In this document: piece by piece, positions 12,501-26,737 of the stretch
Layout of the letters: every line of letters starts with the position of its first letter
Numbering within the stretch: position 1 is the first letter of the stretch
NCBI RefSeq assembly: GCF_964204645.1
Contig: NC_134025.1
Span: 28,996,299 to 29,060,298, forward strand
Length of the DNA stretch: 64,000 nucleotides
Source: Tubulanus polymorphus
Lineage: Eukaryota > Animalia > Nemertea
Reading direction: 5' to 3'
Translations under genes and position numbers: made by a program
The notes under the pieces: model-generated
What the model saw: the letters and a program-made list of their open reading frames with translations, nothing else
Databases searched by the model: none
What the model was told of the DNA's origin: nothing

Positions 12501-15500
12501 ATTTAGTTGGCATAATGGGTAATACCGTACATGTTAAGTCGGCGGATCTATCTTATTCAGGAGGGAAGATCAAGTTGTCATCCTAAGAAATGCCCAGATC
12601 TTGTGTGTAATGAACACGAAAGGTTTCAGATGCTTCCTAATAACTGTTGTGGATCGTGTTCCTCCGTTTCCAATCAAACTTGTCTTCATAGAGGTCATCG
12701 ATATACAGTAAGTTGTGATAATTGAGGCTTATGCTGTTTATATGATATTTGACCTGTCCTCTGTTTACCCCCTTTTACATAATTCATTTAATCCACGGAT
12801 GTTTCTAATTCCAAATAAACTTAATTCAACCTTGTTCAATGCAATATTGATATGTTTTTCTAGTCTGCGTCGCAATGGGCTGCGGATACGTGCACTAATT
12901 GTTCGTGTAAAGATGGAATAGTAAGATGCAATTTCACCCAATGTCCCGAAAACATTTGTTCATCGGATGAAACTTTGACTGTTGCACCTGGGAAATGTTG
13001 TCCTCAGTGCATTTCGCGTAAGTAAATTTCGAGCTTCATCGAATCAAATTCCTCCCCAAAATTCAATTATGATACTATCTGAAGATCTTAGGAAAATCTT
13101 AGGAAACTAATGACCATTTAGGGGATTTAAACGTATTCATTTTCCCTGAAGATTTTAGCTAACCGACTGTATATTGCGCGTATATTGTAGGCCCAGGATC
13201 TTGTATCGCGTATGGCGATCCTCATTATCAATCATTTGATGGCAGACAATTCGACTTTCAAGGATCCTGTCAGTATCTGATGACCGGTGATTGTAAAAAC
13301 GAGGACTTCCGGTAGGTAATGTCAAGAATTTATGCTCAGAAAGAAGCATCGGATGCACTTAATAATTCCCCGAGTGGCGTTGTTAATATCAACCGACCAC
13401 AACATCTCGAGCAAAAGAACTTCTACCTTCTACGTTTCAACGATGAATTATTCTACCTCAAATGCAACGCTGTGTTTATGCAACTTCTTTCAGTTAATGT
13501 ATTTTTAAGTGACTTTATCTTCTTCAGCGTCGAGATCCAACATGATAACAGAGGAACGGATATTAGTGCGTCTTGGATACAGCAGTTGACGCTTTTGATT
13601 GGAAATTACAGGGTTGTTCTATCGCGTGACGGAACAGTTTTTGTAAGTCTGCTTTCAATTAATTTCGTAGCGCAATATACAACACCAGATCGGAAAAAAT
13701 TACTATATTCAATACGTAGACATAAATTACGTCATTGTTCATTCACAGCTGTAATACGACATTAACCGCGCCCTTATGTGTAACCGATATGTCAATATTG
13801 AAATGATCGTTTTTGCTGGCTGATATTTGTATTTCACACTCACTGATGTAACGAAATAGCTAACGATCAACATTTCACCTCATCTACTCCGCCACTCCAT
13901 CATTACGTAAAAACCACACCATTACGTCAAGTATGGTTCTCTATTAATTTCAGATCGGCGGAGAGCCTGTTATTTTACCTGTCGTTCTTCAACTGATATT
14001 CTCTATCGAAAAACAGAACGATACGTTACTAGTGAACACCCATATAGGTCTACAGGTCTGTGTGCAAGCTCATCTGTGTGGAAGTCATTTTTTGTGATAA
14101 GTCTTCACTTCATGCCTGATTTGACTATTGCCGCGGCGACAAAATCTCATATAATAGGCCTAAGTCGACGTAATTAATGCCGCTATGGAAATACAAATTC
14201 GGTCCAATCTCTTTCCCAGATAATATGGAATGGCCAGCAAAGTCACGTTGAAATACTCGTGCCTGGTTCGTATAAATCGAAGCTGTGCGGTCTATGCGGA
14301 AATTTCAACGGGTTTCCGCAAGATGATTTCAGGATGAGAGATGGTAATGTAGCCCACGCACCTGCTTCATTCGGTAACAGTTGGCAGGTAAATATTCAAG
14401 ATCACCCAGCCACAAGTTGTTGACGTAGAATTAGCTCTTGACAACGAATCATGTCACCGCGTCTTCGTTACTTCTATTCTACTCTCACACGAATAAAAAC
14501 TGTTTTTTTTGCGTTGTTAAAGACTCTTCGTGTCGATACGACTCTCAGCACGCAGAATACTGATTGTGAGTGACTATTGAATACCACTTTTAGTCGCGGT
14601 TGCTGGTTACAGAAATCGATAACTCCTTCGTCTTATACTACAAATGGAATTTCTCGTCTTACACGAGATTCTCGATTCAAAATTGCACATTTTTATTTCT
14701 CTGCGCGAAGAATCATTTAGAACTATTCAGGATTAATATCGACTCCGTATACTTTACCATTTAAACGCGATCATTTAGTCGAATGAACATCGCGCATTCA
14801 ATATCTGGAAGCTATGCGACGGTTCTACCGCAAACATAATCTTCTCTTTTTAGGTTCAAGGGGTTAGTACAAATCCGTCAACTTGTAAGGCTGGTGAAGA
14901 TGTTGACCCTTGTAAAAACGCTGGTTTTAAAGGTCGTCGATACGCCATCAGTAAATGCGCAGTTTTGAAGGTATATGTGAAGTACACGACACACGACGAC
15001 TCTGGTCGTGATATCCCGGGATTCGGCTGTAATTTATAATTTTACGCTTCGTGTAACAATTCCATTTTGTAGAACGAGGAATTTCGTAGGTGTCATCGTT
15101 TCGTGGCCCCCGATTCGTTTTACGGCGCTTGTATTTATGACATGTGTGTTTGTATGGAAAGCACGTCTTGTTTGTGTGATGTATTATCCACATACGCCCG
15201 GGAATGTAGTAAGGCTGGGATACAACTAAACTGGCGGTCACCAAATTTATGTGGTTAGTTGCTGTTTACATTCTCGTATCGAAGTGGGATTTCTCATATT
15301 TTCTCATGTAACTAATTTTGATGCCAATCGTCGTTGTTCTTGTCGCACTGGGAGATGTTTAGTTGCTGTTTATGATTCCAAATCACGTATAGAATTTCTG
15401 ATTGTTTTGCCGGATGTACGATAAGCAAATGCATGCGATTTTACTACTCGATAAAATGATATGTTTCGTAATATTTGATTATCACATGAAAGTATCAAAC

Positions 15501-15783
15501 ATCTATAATAGAAACGGTATAAAAATGTATCTATTATAATACAATGATAAAATTGTATTTTCTTCCAGCTACAAGTTGCCCAGAAAGTTCGGGATTGATA
15601 TTCGATGATTGTGGGCCGGCGTGCCCGAGAACATGTTCAGATCGACGTCTGAATCCATTGAGTAGCAATTCAACAGCGAACTGTTTCAAACCGTGTACAC
15701 CCGGTTGTAAATGTCCAGCTCATTTGGTTCTTCACCAGAATCGATGTATAACGTTAGACGAATGCCCATCCGATTACTTCTAA
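547..15783 (+). CDS. KCP: Kielin/chordin-like protein (multi-VWC BMP modulator; VWC array + VWD + C8 + TIL), multi-exon, 5' end unresolved
   Basis: In-frame GT-AG exons spliced by eye. 547-620 and 699-851 give a coiled coil ending LYNLEQCAC. About 30 exons, mostly ~170-185 nt, encode VWC motifs C..C.C...C....C...CC..C (e.g. 937-1171, 1247-1429, 3509-3681, 4540-4713, 12062-12241). VWD exons run from 13191 ([14 protein letters not shown]) to 14387 (CGLCGNFNG). C8 exon ~15073-15252; TIL exon 15569-15783 ends DECPSDYF*. Architecture matches Kielin/KCP rather than the 5-repeat Crossveinless-2/BMPER. Confidence 0.9.
13191..15783 (+). other. VWD-C8-TIL C-terminal module of the KCP-like protein
   Basis: GDPH at 13214-13225, CGLCG in exon 14220-14387, C8 ([19 protein letters not shown]...[13 protein letters not shown]), TIL (CGPACPRTC...CTPGCKCP...CITLDECP). 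Confidence 0.9.
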
Positions 15784-17189
15784 TGAATGTGACTATGATG
15801 CCGTTACACAGAGCGCCATGGCGATTACGTCTAAACTGCTATACGCGATATTGCCTCCATAATCTTGGTCTCTTTCCAAATGGACAAACAGCAATCGCGT
15901 CAATTACCCGAAATTGCTCTCTCTCTCTCATTTTTCTACATCATATTTCTTATATGCGGTATTATTCACTATAAACTACACACACACAAATAACTCTCTC
16001 GATTTCTGTAGTCTTTTTTTCTAGGTTGTCCGATTAAAAAATCGGAAATTAGTTTTTTCGTCGCAAATGATTGACGCAATGGGTCGCTATCGATATTGTG
16101 TTTCCTTCTCCAACTCTCGTTGATTCAGTGAAGTTTTGTAGCGTTTTCCGGCGAAATGTTCGGTCGTTCAACTGATTCAGACTCGTGTATTACGCGTGAA
16201 TAGGGAAACCTATAAAACGCTGGTTTTCTATCAGTTTTATTTCCACCCGGTAACATAGTGTGTCAAAATATGCTCGGTTAGCTCGAAATGCCTCCTCTGC
16301 ATTTATTAACTACAAAAACCTAATGATTTTATTTTCTCCTTGAAATTGTTTTCCGTAACGGTTCGGTGTAAATGCTTCTGATGGCTTAAAGAAGACATCG
16401 CATGTATAATATAAAACACATTATGAACAATTGATATCTATATGTAATCAGGTTGAAGGCTCACACAATTCGAACTTTCCCAAATGAACAAGGCCGGTGT
16501 TTTACATGCAACACTCGCATAACCGCACCGTTAACTGATACTTTGCGCGGCAGAAACTTCGAATAGCGACATTGGCACGTTTTTATTACCTAATTATTCT
16601 GAGGTCTGGATAATCTTCTCACTGAGGCAACATCCTGATGAATTTACAAGTTTTTACGACCGAACCTGCGACGTGTCGAGTATAGAGTCATCAGTGCTTA
16701 ACACGATTTAGCGTCGAGTCATCAGGAATACTAGTTCCTCGTCCTTTATACGACAAAATTTACTATCCTGATTTATTATTGTGTTTACATTTATTCATTT
16801 TATCAGCGAAAGAATTATTATTATACAAGAGCCATCGATAAGTTATAATCATAGATGATATAAGTATGAATTACGTAACAGTCGAAAGCTCAAACGATCG
16901 CATTTCGACGGGCAAGTTCAACATTGATTTTATGACGCACATTAAAGATGTGTATGCCTTTCGTAACGTTATCAAGGGACGGTTCGAGCCCACTAATTCC
17001 TATTCGCTTTATAATAGAGTGGACTCAATAATCACAGCCCTTTTTAAATCACAACAGACACTCGTCACAAACCACGAGGAGGCGTTCTCCGGCGGATGTA
17101 ACTTTTGATAAAAACATCTCCACCAGATGTCAGCGTTTTTTATACGAAGCGTTTTTTGCGGCATCAGTGACGTCACGGATTGATTGATA

Positions 17190-20100
17190 TCACGATTTAT
17201 TTTGAAAACTTTTCACAAGTTTATCGATTATAAACTTGATGATTTTAACGTAAATACTTTCGATATTCGGGTTGAAACGTTCTTCAAGCGTCATCTTTAC
17301 TGCCCCGATGAAGGGCTCTTCTAATTTCTGAAAATAAAGACATAATAAACGAAATCTTCAATCGGTCAAACTTGCTGAATACAATAAGTGTAGCGGAAAC
17401 GTATTCCCTAAAGTGTGATGCTGAAAGCGATATGTTAAACGGGCAGTGGAGCGAAATGTCAACATAAATCCCAATTCCCAGAATCATTCAATACAATCGT
17501 ATCGAATAATGCGGTCGGTGAATCGATCCGGCGATCGGACTGTTAACTGATTGAATCTTGCATCTTAGTAAAGTGTTGTTAGCTAGGTTTGCTTATTGTG
17601 TCACATCCGCGGTCAAGGTCAAGCTAAACCGAACGATCGCCGATGCAAATACCGATAGCCAATTTCACTGAATCTCTGAATGTATATTCTATGGACAAAC
17701 TGGTGTATACTAAACATAAGAATGAAAGCTGGAGCTCGTCGTAGCGTATTGCCCCGAGTTTGACCTACGACTGATGCCATGATTAAAACTTTTCGATCTT
17801 GTATGTAACGTGGCAACTCGAATGCCGATGTTTTTCCATCGCGAATGGATTTCCAATCAACATTTACGCCCCATTAAACGAACGCGATGATCGTGTTTAA
17901 TTTACTGGTGAAAACTCCTATTGCGTTTCTCACTTTGTTTATTAGCTAAACGTTGGTCGTAAATGAACCAATTTACGAGCGTCCCGTTTAATACATTACC
18001 TGCACAGTATTAGTATAATTGCAGTGTGAGATACACCGGGTGAAATATCCGTAAATCTTTTTTCAATATATTATTGTGGTGATTCATTAATTTTAGTGTG
18101 TGGGGTCATTTTTATGGGAAGACAAAAAAACGTGATAATTTTATGAACGAATTAAGCTATTTCAATGGCCATTTATTCACATGAAACTCCATAACAACAC
18201 AAATATAATCCGTGCAATGTGTAGACCTTGGGATTTAACGGGAAATGAAGGAAATAGACATAACCGTTAATCTACATTCAGTATAATGCTCATTAAAGTA
18301 GGCGATAAATCAAAATTTAATTTCGTCTGAACTGTTTCAGGGTAAAGCAAAAAATGTACCTACATAAAAAAAGTTGACGTCGAAGCCTTCGAATCGCGTA
18401 TGAGAACCGCCAGTTCGGGATAATAGATCCAGCACGTAATCAACGTTATTAATGTTCTGAATAGCATCGTCCACGACTGTCATAACTAATCCGGCGTGGC
18501 CCTCTAAAGCTTCATTATCTCGCAGATAGGAATTATCTATATCTCTAAATCCGTGGAACAGCGATTTCAAATTAGAATCTTTCTCGAAAATCCTGCAATT
18601 AGAATATGATATAAGACTTACTTATCTTGTTGAATTATTGCATTACATTTCATACTTCAAAGTTCGAATAGCTGAAAAACTTCTCGACGATTCTAATGAA
18701 GTTTGGCGACATACATAAGCACGTACATAGATTTTTTTGTCAAGCAAAATGGAATGCATGTAAATGAAGATAGCTTATGGATGAAAGGTTACGTAAGTGA
18801 TAAAGACGAAACAAATTGCTTTATTGCTTCGTTTTTACACCCTTTAGAAATCCTGTCGATGCGGGCGTACCAACGACATCACGAAATCACTTCACCGAGG
18901 AAAACCTTTACAATTCTAAACAACCGAATTCACCGAGATAACGATTGGTGGAGATGGGCCTAGACAAGGTGATCTAGATGCCGTTGAGATATCGTCGCCA
19001 GCGGCGAGCAGTGACGTCATCACGATACATACGAGATTACGGACGGTTGCAGGCTAGGCATAGCTGCGAAAGCGTTAAGACGAGGTACTGCATTTCGGGT
19101 ATGCGGGCAGTAGTCTGAATGAGTTTAAATACAAATTCCTGTAATGACAGGACAACCCTATTTAAAACCCTGGGGTCAGTTTTATAGACTGGTATCTACA
19201 TTAACCAGGCGGTTAACTAAATCAATTTCCAATTGAGTTAGCCCCTGGGTTAAAAGTTAATGCCGGTCCATAAAACCAGGCCCTGATGCACAGCTGTCGG
19301 TGAATTTTGCCTCGGTAAAATGATTTCGTGGTGTCGATGATTCGCCCGCATCGACAAATTCAGTCAAAATAGCTGCTGATTCATGACGTTTATACACACG
19401 TTATTCACGTTCACGCCGCGTCTTCACCTGCAGCTTATTATAGATTCAATATGGCGGGTCTTTTCAAAATAACTTTTCAATTGTAAATATAACTAGTTAT
19501 TGTATGACTAGCAACTGTTATTGTATAACTGCAAACTGTTTATTTTGTATGTATCCTGTGCTCGCAAAAAATGTACAATTTTCTGGAGCAATAAATTTAA
19601 ATTTAAATCTTAAAATCTTAAATCTTAAACGTCTGCGTTACATTTGAATACATGAACGACGTCTAAGAAATAAATTTGGCCTCAAGGATCGAGAACAAAT
19701 TTACATCATCATCATTTACCCTGTCATTCATGAGACGCACTCAAAGAGAAGTAAAACTAAGATAAAACATCGCATCCGTTCAAGTTATGGTCTAGGAAAT
19801 ATATCGCGACTCGCAGCAAAGGCATCGACCCATAATTTAGTGATTAATGCGACAAATAATTTTATTTCCCCAGCGTTGATTACATTTTCGTTTCATGTAG
19901 ACGTCGTAGAAATCCCTCTCGTGAGTCTCATCGTAAACATGTCTAATGAATTACTGTCGTCGTCTCAAAGAAAAGAAACTAATAGAATATCTCGTGAGAT
20001 TTCAAGCCTAGTTACGTTTGGAAATTCTCGAAATGCCGAAAAATAACGCGTTTTGGAAAGAAACAAATCACTTTCCGACGCATTCTATCCACAATCTAGC

Positions 20101-23100
20101 GCAAACGGTATATGGTGGTTCCTGGTGCCAACTGAATCGTGTTCTTATCTTCAAATTTAAACGAGTACTTGGCGTCGAAGGCCAGTTTTGCAATAAAAAA
20201 GCTAAAAGTAATTGTTATTATAGTAGAATTTCATTTTGGGGCTTTCGCCAGAAAATGGGAACATGAGCCAACGATGTGTACGTTTATCAAGGCTGTGATT
20301 GATTACTGGGTAAAATAAGATGGAAACGAACTAACGTTGAATATCGACGGCGAGATATTTCATTACGTTACTCGATCAATAGTTAAAAAGAACGATCAAT
20401 TAAACCTGCAGTCAGGAAGTTTCAGAGTCGAGTTTTTGAATTCTACACTCATTACGTGATTTATGTCACGCACTTTTCAACGAGTAAAACAACACAGCCA
20501 TCATCTGTCATCGTTAGAATCTTGATTAAACAGTATAAGTAAAAATGTGACTTTCAGATTTCAAACCTTTATTCCAGCTGGGACGTAACCACAACGATAG
20601 AAGCTGTTTACGATAATCGAAGGCATAATTTGATTTGTTGAACACCGATAAACCGGCGTGTCAAGTTATACAAGACGTAACTGCATTACCAGAATGAATC
20701 TGTCTGCGGCCGGAGTCTTTAGTTGTTTACATAAAATGCGAACGGTGAGAAACATATAACATTTATAGCTGAATCATGCACGATCAACACAGATCTATTG
20801 AGGTGTCGTGTGACAATATGACGCGCTGTGATTTCATGTTGAAGACATCCTCTATGGATAAATCAATTTCCATTTCTTGAGAAGTCGTCTTCGTATTCAT
20901 ATTTGAACACAAATCTAGCTCGCCACCGATTTCGCAATAGTACTTTCAAAATACTGGTTGATACCTAATTAACCGGCATTCTTATCAAGCGAAAAACGTG
21001 GCTTCCATGCGCGCAAGCTACATATATGAAAAAATTGATTCCAATATTAATAATCGATATCATTCGTTCATTATTATTCGTTAATTAGTTGATGCAAAAT
21101 CGATTTTCTCTGCGACTATACGACCAGAATTAATCAAAATATAGTCTTAAACCTGCAGTCACATTGACCCCTCAAGTGCTTATGAATAGCCAGAGATACG
21201 GTTATTGGAATGTTGTGTGAGTGTGTTATTGTATGCAGTACATCAGATACACACAATATACGTATTGCAAATACATAGTTTCCAATGATTCTGAAAACAA
21301 CTTATCATATTTAGCTCAAATATGTTGCTGATATTTCGATTGCCGGTTACCTGTCATTACTTCAAAGTGATATTTGATTTATGACTTTTTAACCATCAAT
21401 TAACTGATTTCCCAAATTAACATTCACTATTCACGTACTTTTTATTTTACATAACAATTTGAAATCAGAATCGATGCAATTTACTTTCAAAGCTGTTACA
21501 CATGAAGGCAAATATTTGAATCAGAATTTTATGTTTGTTTGATTCATTTTTGTAATTGATTTTGATCGATATAATTTTTTTCTCGAAGCGCCAGGTTCCT
21601 TAGGAATCGACGTACATTCTATGGTTTGTAATTTTGAGTTGTCTGCATGATAATGGTAGACGAATTCAGTAGTTAAAAACTGACAGCTTTCTGGCTCTTA
21701 TAGTTCACTAATAGGGACAAATGGCCGAAAACATTTAATCAGTTTTAAACGTTAAAATCCAGTCTTTCATAGACAGTAATTTGAACTGCAGGTTTCGCAT
21801 ACACGTATCATTTCAAGTTGAAGCACGTATCAGGTTTAAAGACTATACACGCCGTTCTACACAAGGCCGAACTTTTGACGGATTTTCTATATTCTTGCGC
21901 CGAGATTTTATAGACTTCAAAACATTCACTATATTGATTACTCGTATTATGCATAGCACTTGTCTTAACGGTGAATTGAATACGAAAAGTAGCTAAAATA
22001 TTGCATATACGAAATCAGGGAACTGCACAATTCATGTGCGTTGTATTATTCAAATCTATTTCAAAGAGCGAAAATTCGGATACATTTTAATTCTATCGTT
22101 AATGATTATGTTTGAAATGTGCAATATTATGATTATTCTCCATGTATATTATGAATTATGTACAGTTTGTATCCGACATGTAAAATCTTGTACGTTTAAA
22201 TCAGTCTTTAGTTCATACATCCATGGTATATTATAGATACAAGAAATACAAGTGTTTAACATGTGAAATAGAAAGACGTATGTTCTGTTCTCGATCATAA
22301 GTTAAGCGTTTCGCAAGCGATTCGAGTGTGAAATTGGATCATTACCATATGGCGAACAGGCATTACGTATTATGAAATAAAATAATGAAAAATCTTTAAT
22401 TTTTTTCTCATTTTGGTGCAATGTTATGTAATACGACAGATCTAATTTCGGGAACCTTCACAGAAGCGAGACAGCCAGCCAATCATTATGCATTAGCGTC
22501 ATCTATTTACTGAGACTGCTTGTATCAAGTACTGAGTCAACATAACTCTGTTATCTTATTAGTGAAGATCTAATAACGTTTACCCCTTGGAAACTGATTG
22601 CACAAATATCGATGTATGAATAATATAGATATATGCATATGTATCGGGTATTAGCAGAGAGAGCAAGAATTATCTATAATTCAGTGACCGGTAAAAACTA
22701 AACAACGCCCATCAACGGTTTCTCTTATTTCGATAGAACCCTCAAACTCAAACTACAAGAAACAATTCATTTCCAGTGCGATCGAGTCGTTACGATGAGT
22801 AATGAGCTCGTTTATGTTGTCAGCTGTATAGGAGAACACGACAGCTGTATTTTGGAAAAATTAGGTATCGATTGAATTGAAAACCTGTAAATATGAACCT
22901 TTAGTATTTGTTAAATGTCAAAAATCATCAACCATACTTTAAACATATGGACAAATGAAAGTACACGCCGTCAATGATTTCATTTCAACATCAAGATTAA
23001 AGAGCATTGTACATATATTCTTTAATGATAACCTTATTGAAAATATTGGAGAAAATTGCGTTGTACAAAGTCATAATGATCCATCAAATTTAAGGACAAA

Positions 23101-26100
23101 TTCAATCGATTAGTTAACGATCGAACGATCCCCGCTACGTAAAAATGTCAATAGAATTGTATGAATATTTCTATCACGTGAGTTAAAGATGAAAAAGAAG
23201 ATTGTAATGTTGGATCAAAACGTGAAGAAATTGATATATCATATCCATACGCTCATGATTTGTGTGGAATCGAACAGTCAGTTATTGTGAGATATTATTG
23301 GTGTTATATCGGCAGCTAATGTCAGTTACGGGATAGATTGATTACCTTTCAGACAGCACTGTTTTGATTGACGCGAGATCACAAGTAGCCGAGATCTATT
23401 TACCGACGATATGATTTTTCAATCCAATCAAAATCGTCTGATGTAGCTATACTGACTTCGCTTAGAGTCTGATGTGTGATGTGTGATGTGTAATTACAAT
23501 CAGTAAAAAGGATGTCAAACAAATACCGGTTTTATTTACAGAAGTGAAGGGCTCGAGCGTAGAGACTGTTCTTTCCATTCGTCGCATAGAATTCTACTGA
23601 AAATTAATTCAAACTCGATTAAAATCCCGCATTGATTTAAATGTGTACATTATTTTCGGTTAATGCTGATCACGTAGGTGCGTCAATATTTTAAAGCACG
23701 GATTGTTTTTTATTGCTCTCAAGTTTTGAATAGTTTACACAGGGGTGAAATGAAAAAAAAATATTCAAGGGGAATTGATTTAAAATCTGTTTAACGTAAT
23801 TCAAATTTGACTCTTTTCTTTGCCGGGCAGAGCATTCTAAAAGAGGACCTCTCAAAATTGCTTCTGAGTGGAAATGCGCGACAATGCACTAACAATTTAA
23901 CAAACAAAAAGCCAAAGGAAAATCATCAAAAGCAGTTTTGTATTACGTATATTGGTGTGTAATGAATTGGGTTCGAAGCGCATTTTTTCATCAGAAAACC
24001 AGTATTTTGTTGTTGTTATTGGAACAGCTCTAACTCAGTCGACGTGATCGTGCAGTGCATTAACCTTTACATCATTCGTTGCTTATAAGCATTTCAGTAT
24101 TTCGATTTTGTATTGTTAACCATGCATGCGGCATGTCGCGTGCAGACAGAAAAGTGTTTTAAGAGGGATGCTCTAAATCAATGGTCGGATCGATAGTGAA
24201 TGTCATTAGCGTCAATGGAAGTGCAACAAAACTCTTCAATTTTTCGATTTGTCATGCGTTCAGTATCATACCGCTTATTGCCCGTTTCCGAAGCGATTCG
24301 TATCGCTTCTTATGAGCAGTAGTAGATCATCGGTTTGAGTTCAGCGGCAAATTAAGAATTTTAGTTCGTGGTTCATCTCTTACTAAATTGACCATGAAGT
24401 ACACGTCTTATTGCCTCTTTCCCTCGCAATTTCAACATGAAGGTTTTAGACGGCTGTTTATTCCACGACTGATTACATATCGCTTTCTATTTGTTTTTCA
24501 CCGAATTTACTGCATAATTCATTCGTATCGTGCAACCGCATAATGTGCAAATATATCTTTATATAATTGAGTTTGCGTTGTATGAAATCATATAATTAGA
24601 AACCGTAACGCGTTTTTGATTAAAGCTAATATGAGCGTTACAAGAATATTGTGAAATGAAACTTTTATCAGGATAACCTATGCAAGGATACACAAAAATG
24701 ATACTTTATTTCTCCAAATCACGAAAACCATCTAAACCTTACTTCAGGCGGATCATTAGCTTTAAGGGATGAAAATGTGAAATTTAAAATTTCGAAATCG
24801 AAAACATGTTAAATGAATTCGCCGCGTTCTTTCTAAAGTAAAGCACCTTGGGGAAAATCAAAAGTTGCTAAAAAAAACTGCGAAAAATTTGTATGTGATA
24901 TGAACAGAACCGGGGGACATCCCTCAAACATATGAGCAGTTTTATCTTGAAATGTTGAGATTTCTATCATATAAGAAATATCGAACGACTAAATAAATCA
25001 ATACGAACTATTATTAACGAATCCTTTTCTTACATCAGACGTATCGATGAAATATTCAGTTTGCCCGCAGCATATGAGCCACATTTGTTTGTTAAAAATG
25101 TATGTTCACAAACGAAATGCATTAACTAGATATATACGAAAGTGCAGTTCTATTCAGCGTGTAATACATGATACAATGATAAATCAACATCGAACAGACA
25201 GTGTAAAATTGTTTCCTATATCAGACATCACGTATTCATTGATCATCATTCATAGTGTCAAAAAACACATCAGCAGAGATCAACTGGAGACTCATTCCGT
25301 TAAAGAATGCAAATATCTAACAGAATATTTTACAATTTCAAAACCAAAATGGCGATACATTATTTATATTCTTATATATATATATATATTTATATTAATA
25401 GTGGCAGCTCTTGTGCAGCTTGCAGTATTCATGATTATTCCGAGTTCCCAGTAACCAGTCAAAGCAAGTTCATGGATTCCGTGACCGTATAGATAGACGG
25501 GTCGGGGTCGACATGAAATCAATTCCGTTATATGTTTACCTCATCCCTTCGATTCTTTAATTCTTCTTATGTACATGTACAAAATGCAAAAAAAAACACT
25601 TGCACACGTTGGGCAGCCAAATACTAGAAATCACATGGCGTGAGTCAATATAGATATTAATCGGTTATTGACCGCTGCGAAAAAAAACACGCGGGACAGG
25701 TTAAATAGGCTTGTGTGTGTAATAAGCAAACAATTAGATCCGATGCGTGTAAGTGAGTTTAAATCAGATCGATTATCGAAAACACACTTATGATTTCAAC
25801 GCATAATCTATTATCCCCAGGTGAATGATGAAAACACGCATCACTTCAAAGTTATTGCTACAGGGAATTCAACAACGAATCGTTGCTGCTTCATCGGAAC
25901 GTGTTCTTCATATCGTGATAGGTTGTATGCAATCGGCTATTCTTATGAAACAAGGAAATTGTCTAATGATGTGGGGGTGTTTTGTTAATACGTATATACA
26001 TGTATATCTATTTGTCTATCGCGCAATGCGAATAATCATCTCTCATCCGTGTCGGGGAAATGGATTAAACAATATCCAAGCGAAGGCACCCCTGTAGGTT

Positions 26101-26737
26101 GTCGGATTTAACATCACACGCTATGCCGATATAAGCAGCTTGTGCTAATTGATCGACACTTACTTCTTGCAATTCAAATGAGGTGTATTTATGGCTTTCA
26201 TGTAATTATAAACCCGACCAGAAGAGCAGAAATCGGTGAACTTTCTCCGACTGCGCCTGAATACTGTATGAGAGCAAATCCCCAGATACATCATATAAAT
26301 ATACATTACTTTCTAATCCGGCCAAATTCACTGGACCCAAACATATATTACATATTTCAGCCAGTCCACTTAAAACTATCTAAATTCATATAAAGGCTTA
26401 GTCTTTTTGGTACAATAGATAATGAAGTTGTTAAACAACTTTTCGAACATTTCGTATGATTTCATTAATACTTCTGGTCGGAAAAATTTGAAAAAAATGC
26501 AGTCCATTTCACTGATTCGTTTCGAACACCTTACCTGATGAACATTTCAATTCCGGTTATTTGCATATTTCTGCTGATCGCTTTCCACGACTTTTGCAAT
26601 TTGAAAATTTCCCTCGAATTTAACGGTAATCGAGGGTCTGACTCGGGTGGCGCGGTCGGTTCAGGAATCGAATTTAAATTCACTTTTCCATTCGTATCTT
26701 TAGCGCCAGTGTACGATTTCGTTTGATAACATCCCAT
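17190..26737 (-). CDS. Globin (neuroglobin/globin X-like) with N-terminal MGC acylation motif, 189 aa, 3 exons
   Basis: Exon 1 26737-26535 (MGCYQTK...LQKSWKAISRNMQITGIEMFI, phase-2 donor AG|GTAAG). Exon 2 18592-18364 (IFEKDSNLKSLFHGF...LEGHAGLVM...GGSHTRFEGFDVNFFY, phase 0). Exon 3 17327-17190 (KLEEPFIGAVKMTLEERFNPNIESIYVKIIKFIIDKLVKSFQNKS*), missing from the ORF track. CD1 Phe, E7 His and F8 His are present; introns sit at the canonical B12.2 and G7.0 positions. Confidence 0.93.
19170..19285. mobile_element. MITE-like imperfect palindrome in globin intron 1
   Basis: Left end ctggggtcagttttatagactggtat matches the reverse complement of the right end (cagggcctggttttatggaccggcat); no coding capacity. 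Confidence 0.6.
19480..19629 (+). mobile_element. Probable 3' end of a LINE/SINE (stem-loop + AATAAA + tandem tail)
   Basis: gctcgcaaaaaatgtacaattttctggagc hairpin, then aataaa and a repeated aaattt/aaatctt tail, as in CR1/L2-type 3' ends. Confidence 0.45.

Noticed and set aside
16630-16730. Repeated CTGATGA motifs suggesting a hammerhead or C/D snoRNA
   Set aside because: No stem II followed by GAAA and no convincing box arrangement.
25047-25454. 135-aa ORF in globin intron 1
   Set aside because: Low-complexity AT-rich frame including a short TA run; no domain or splice support.
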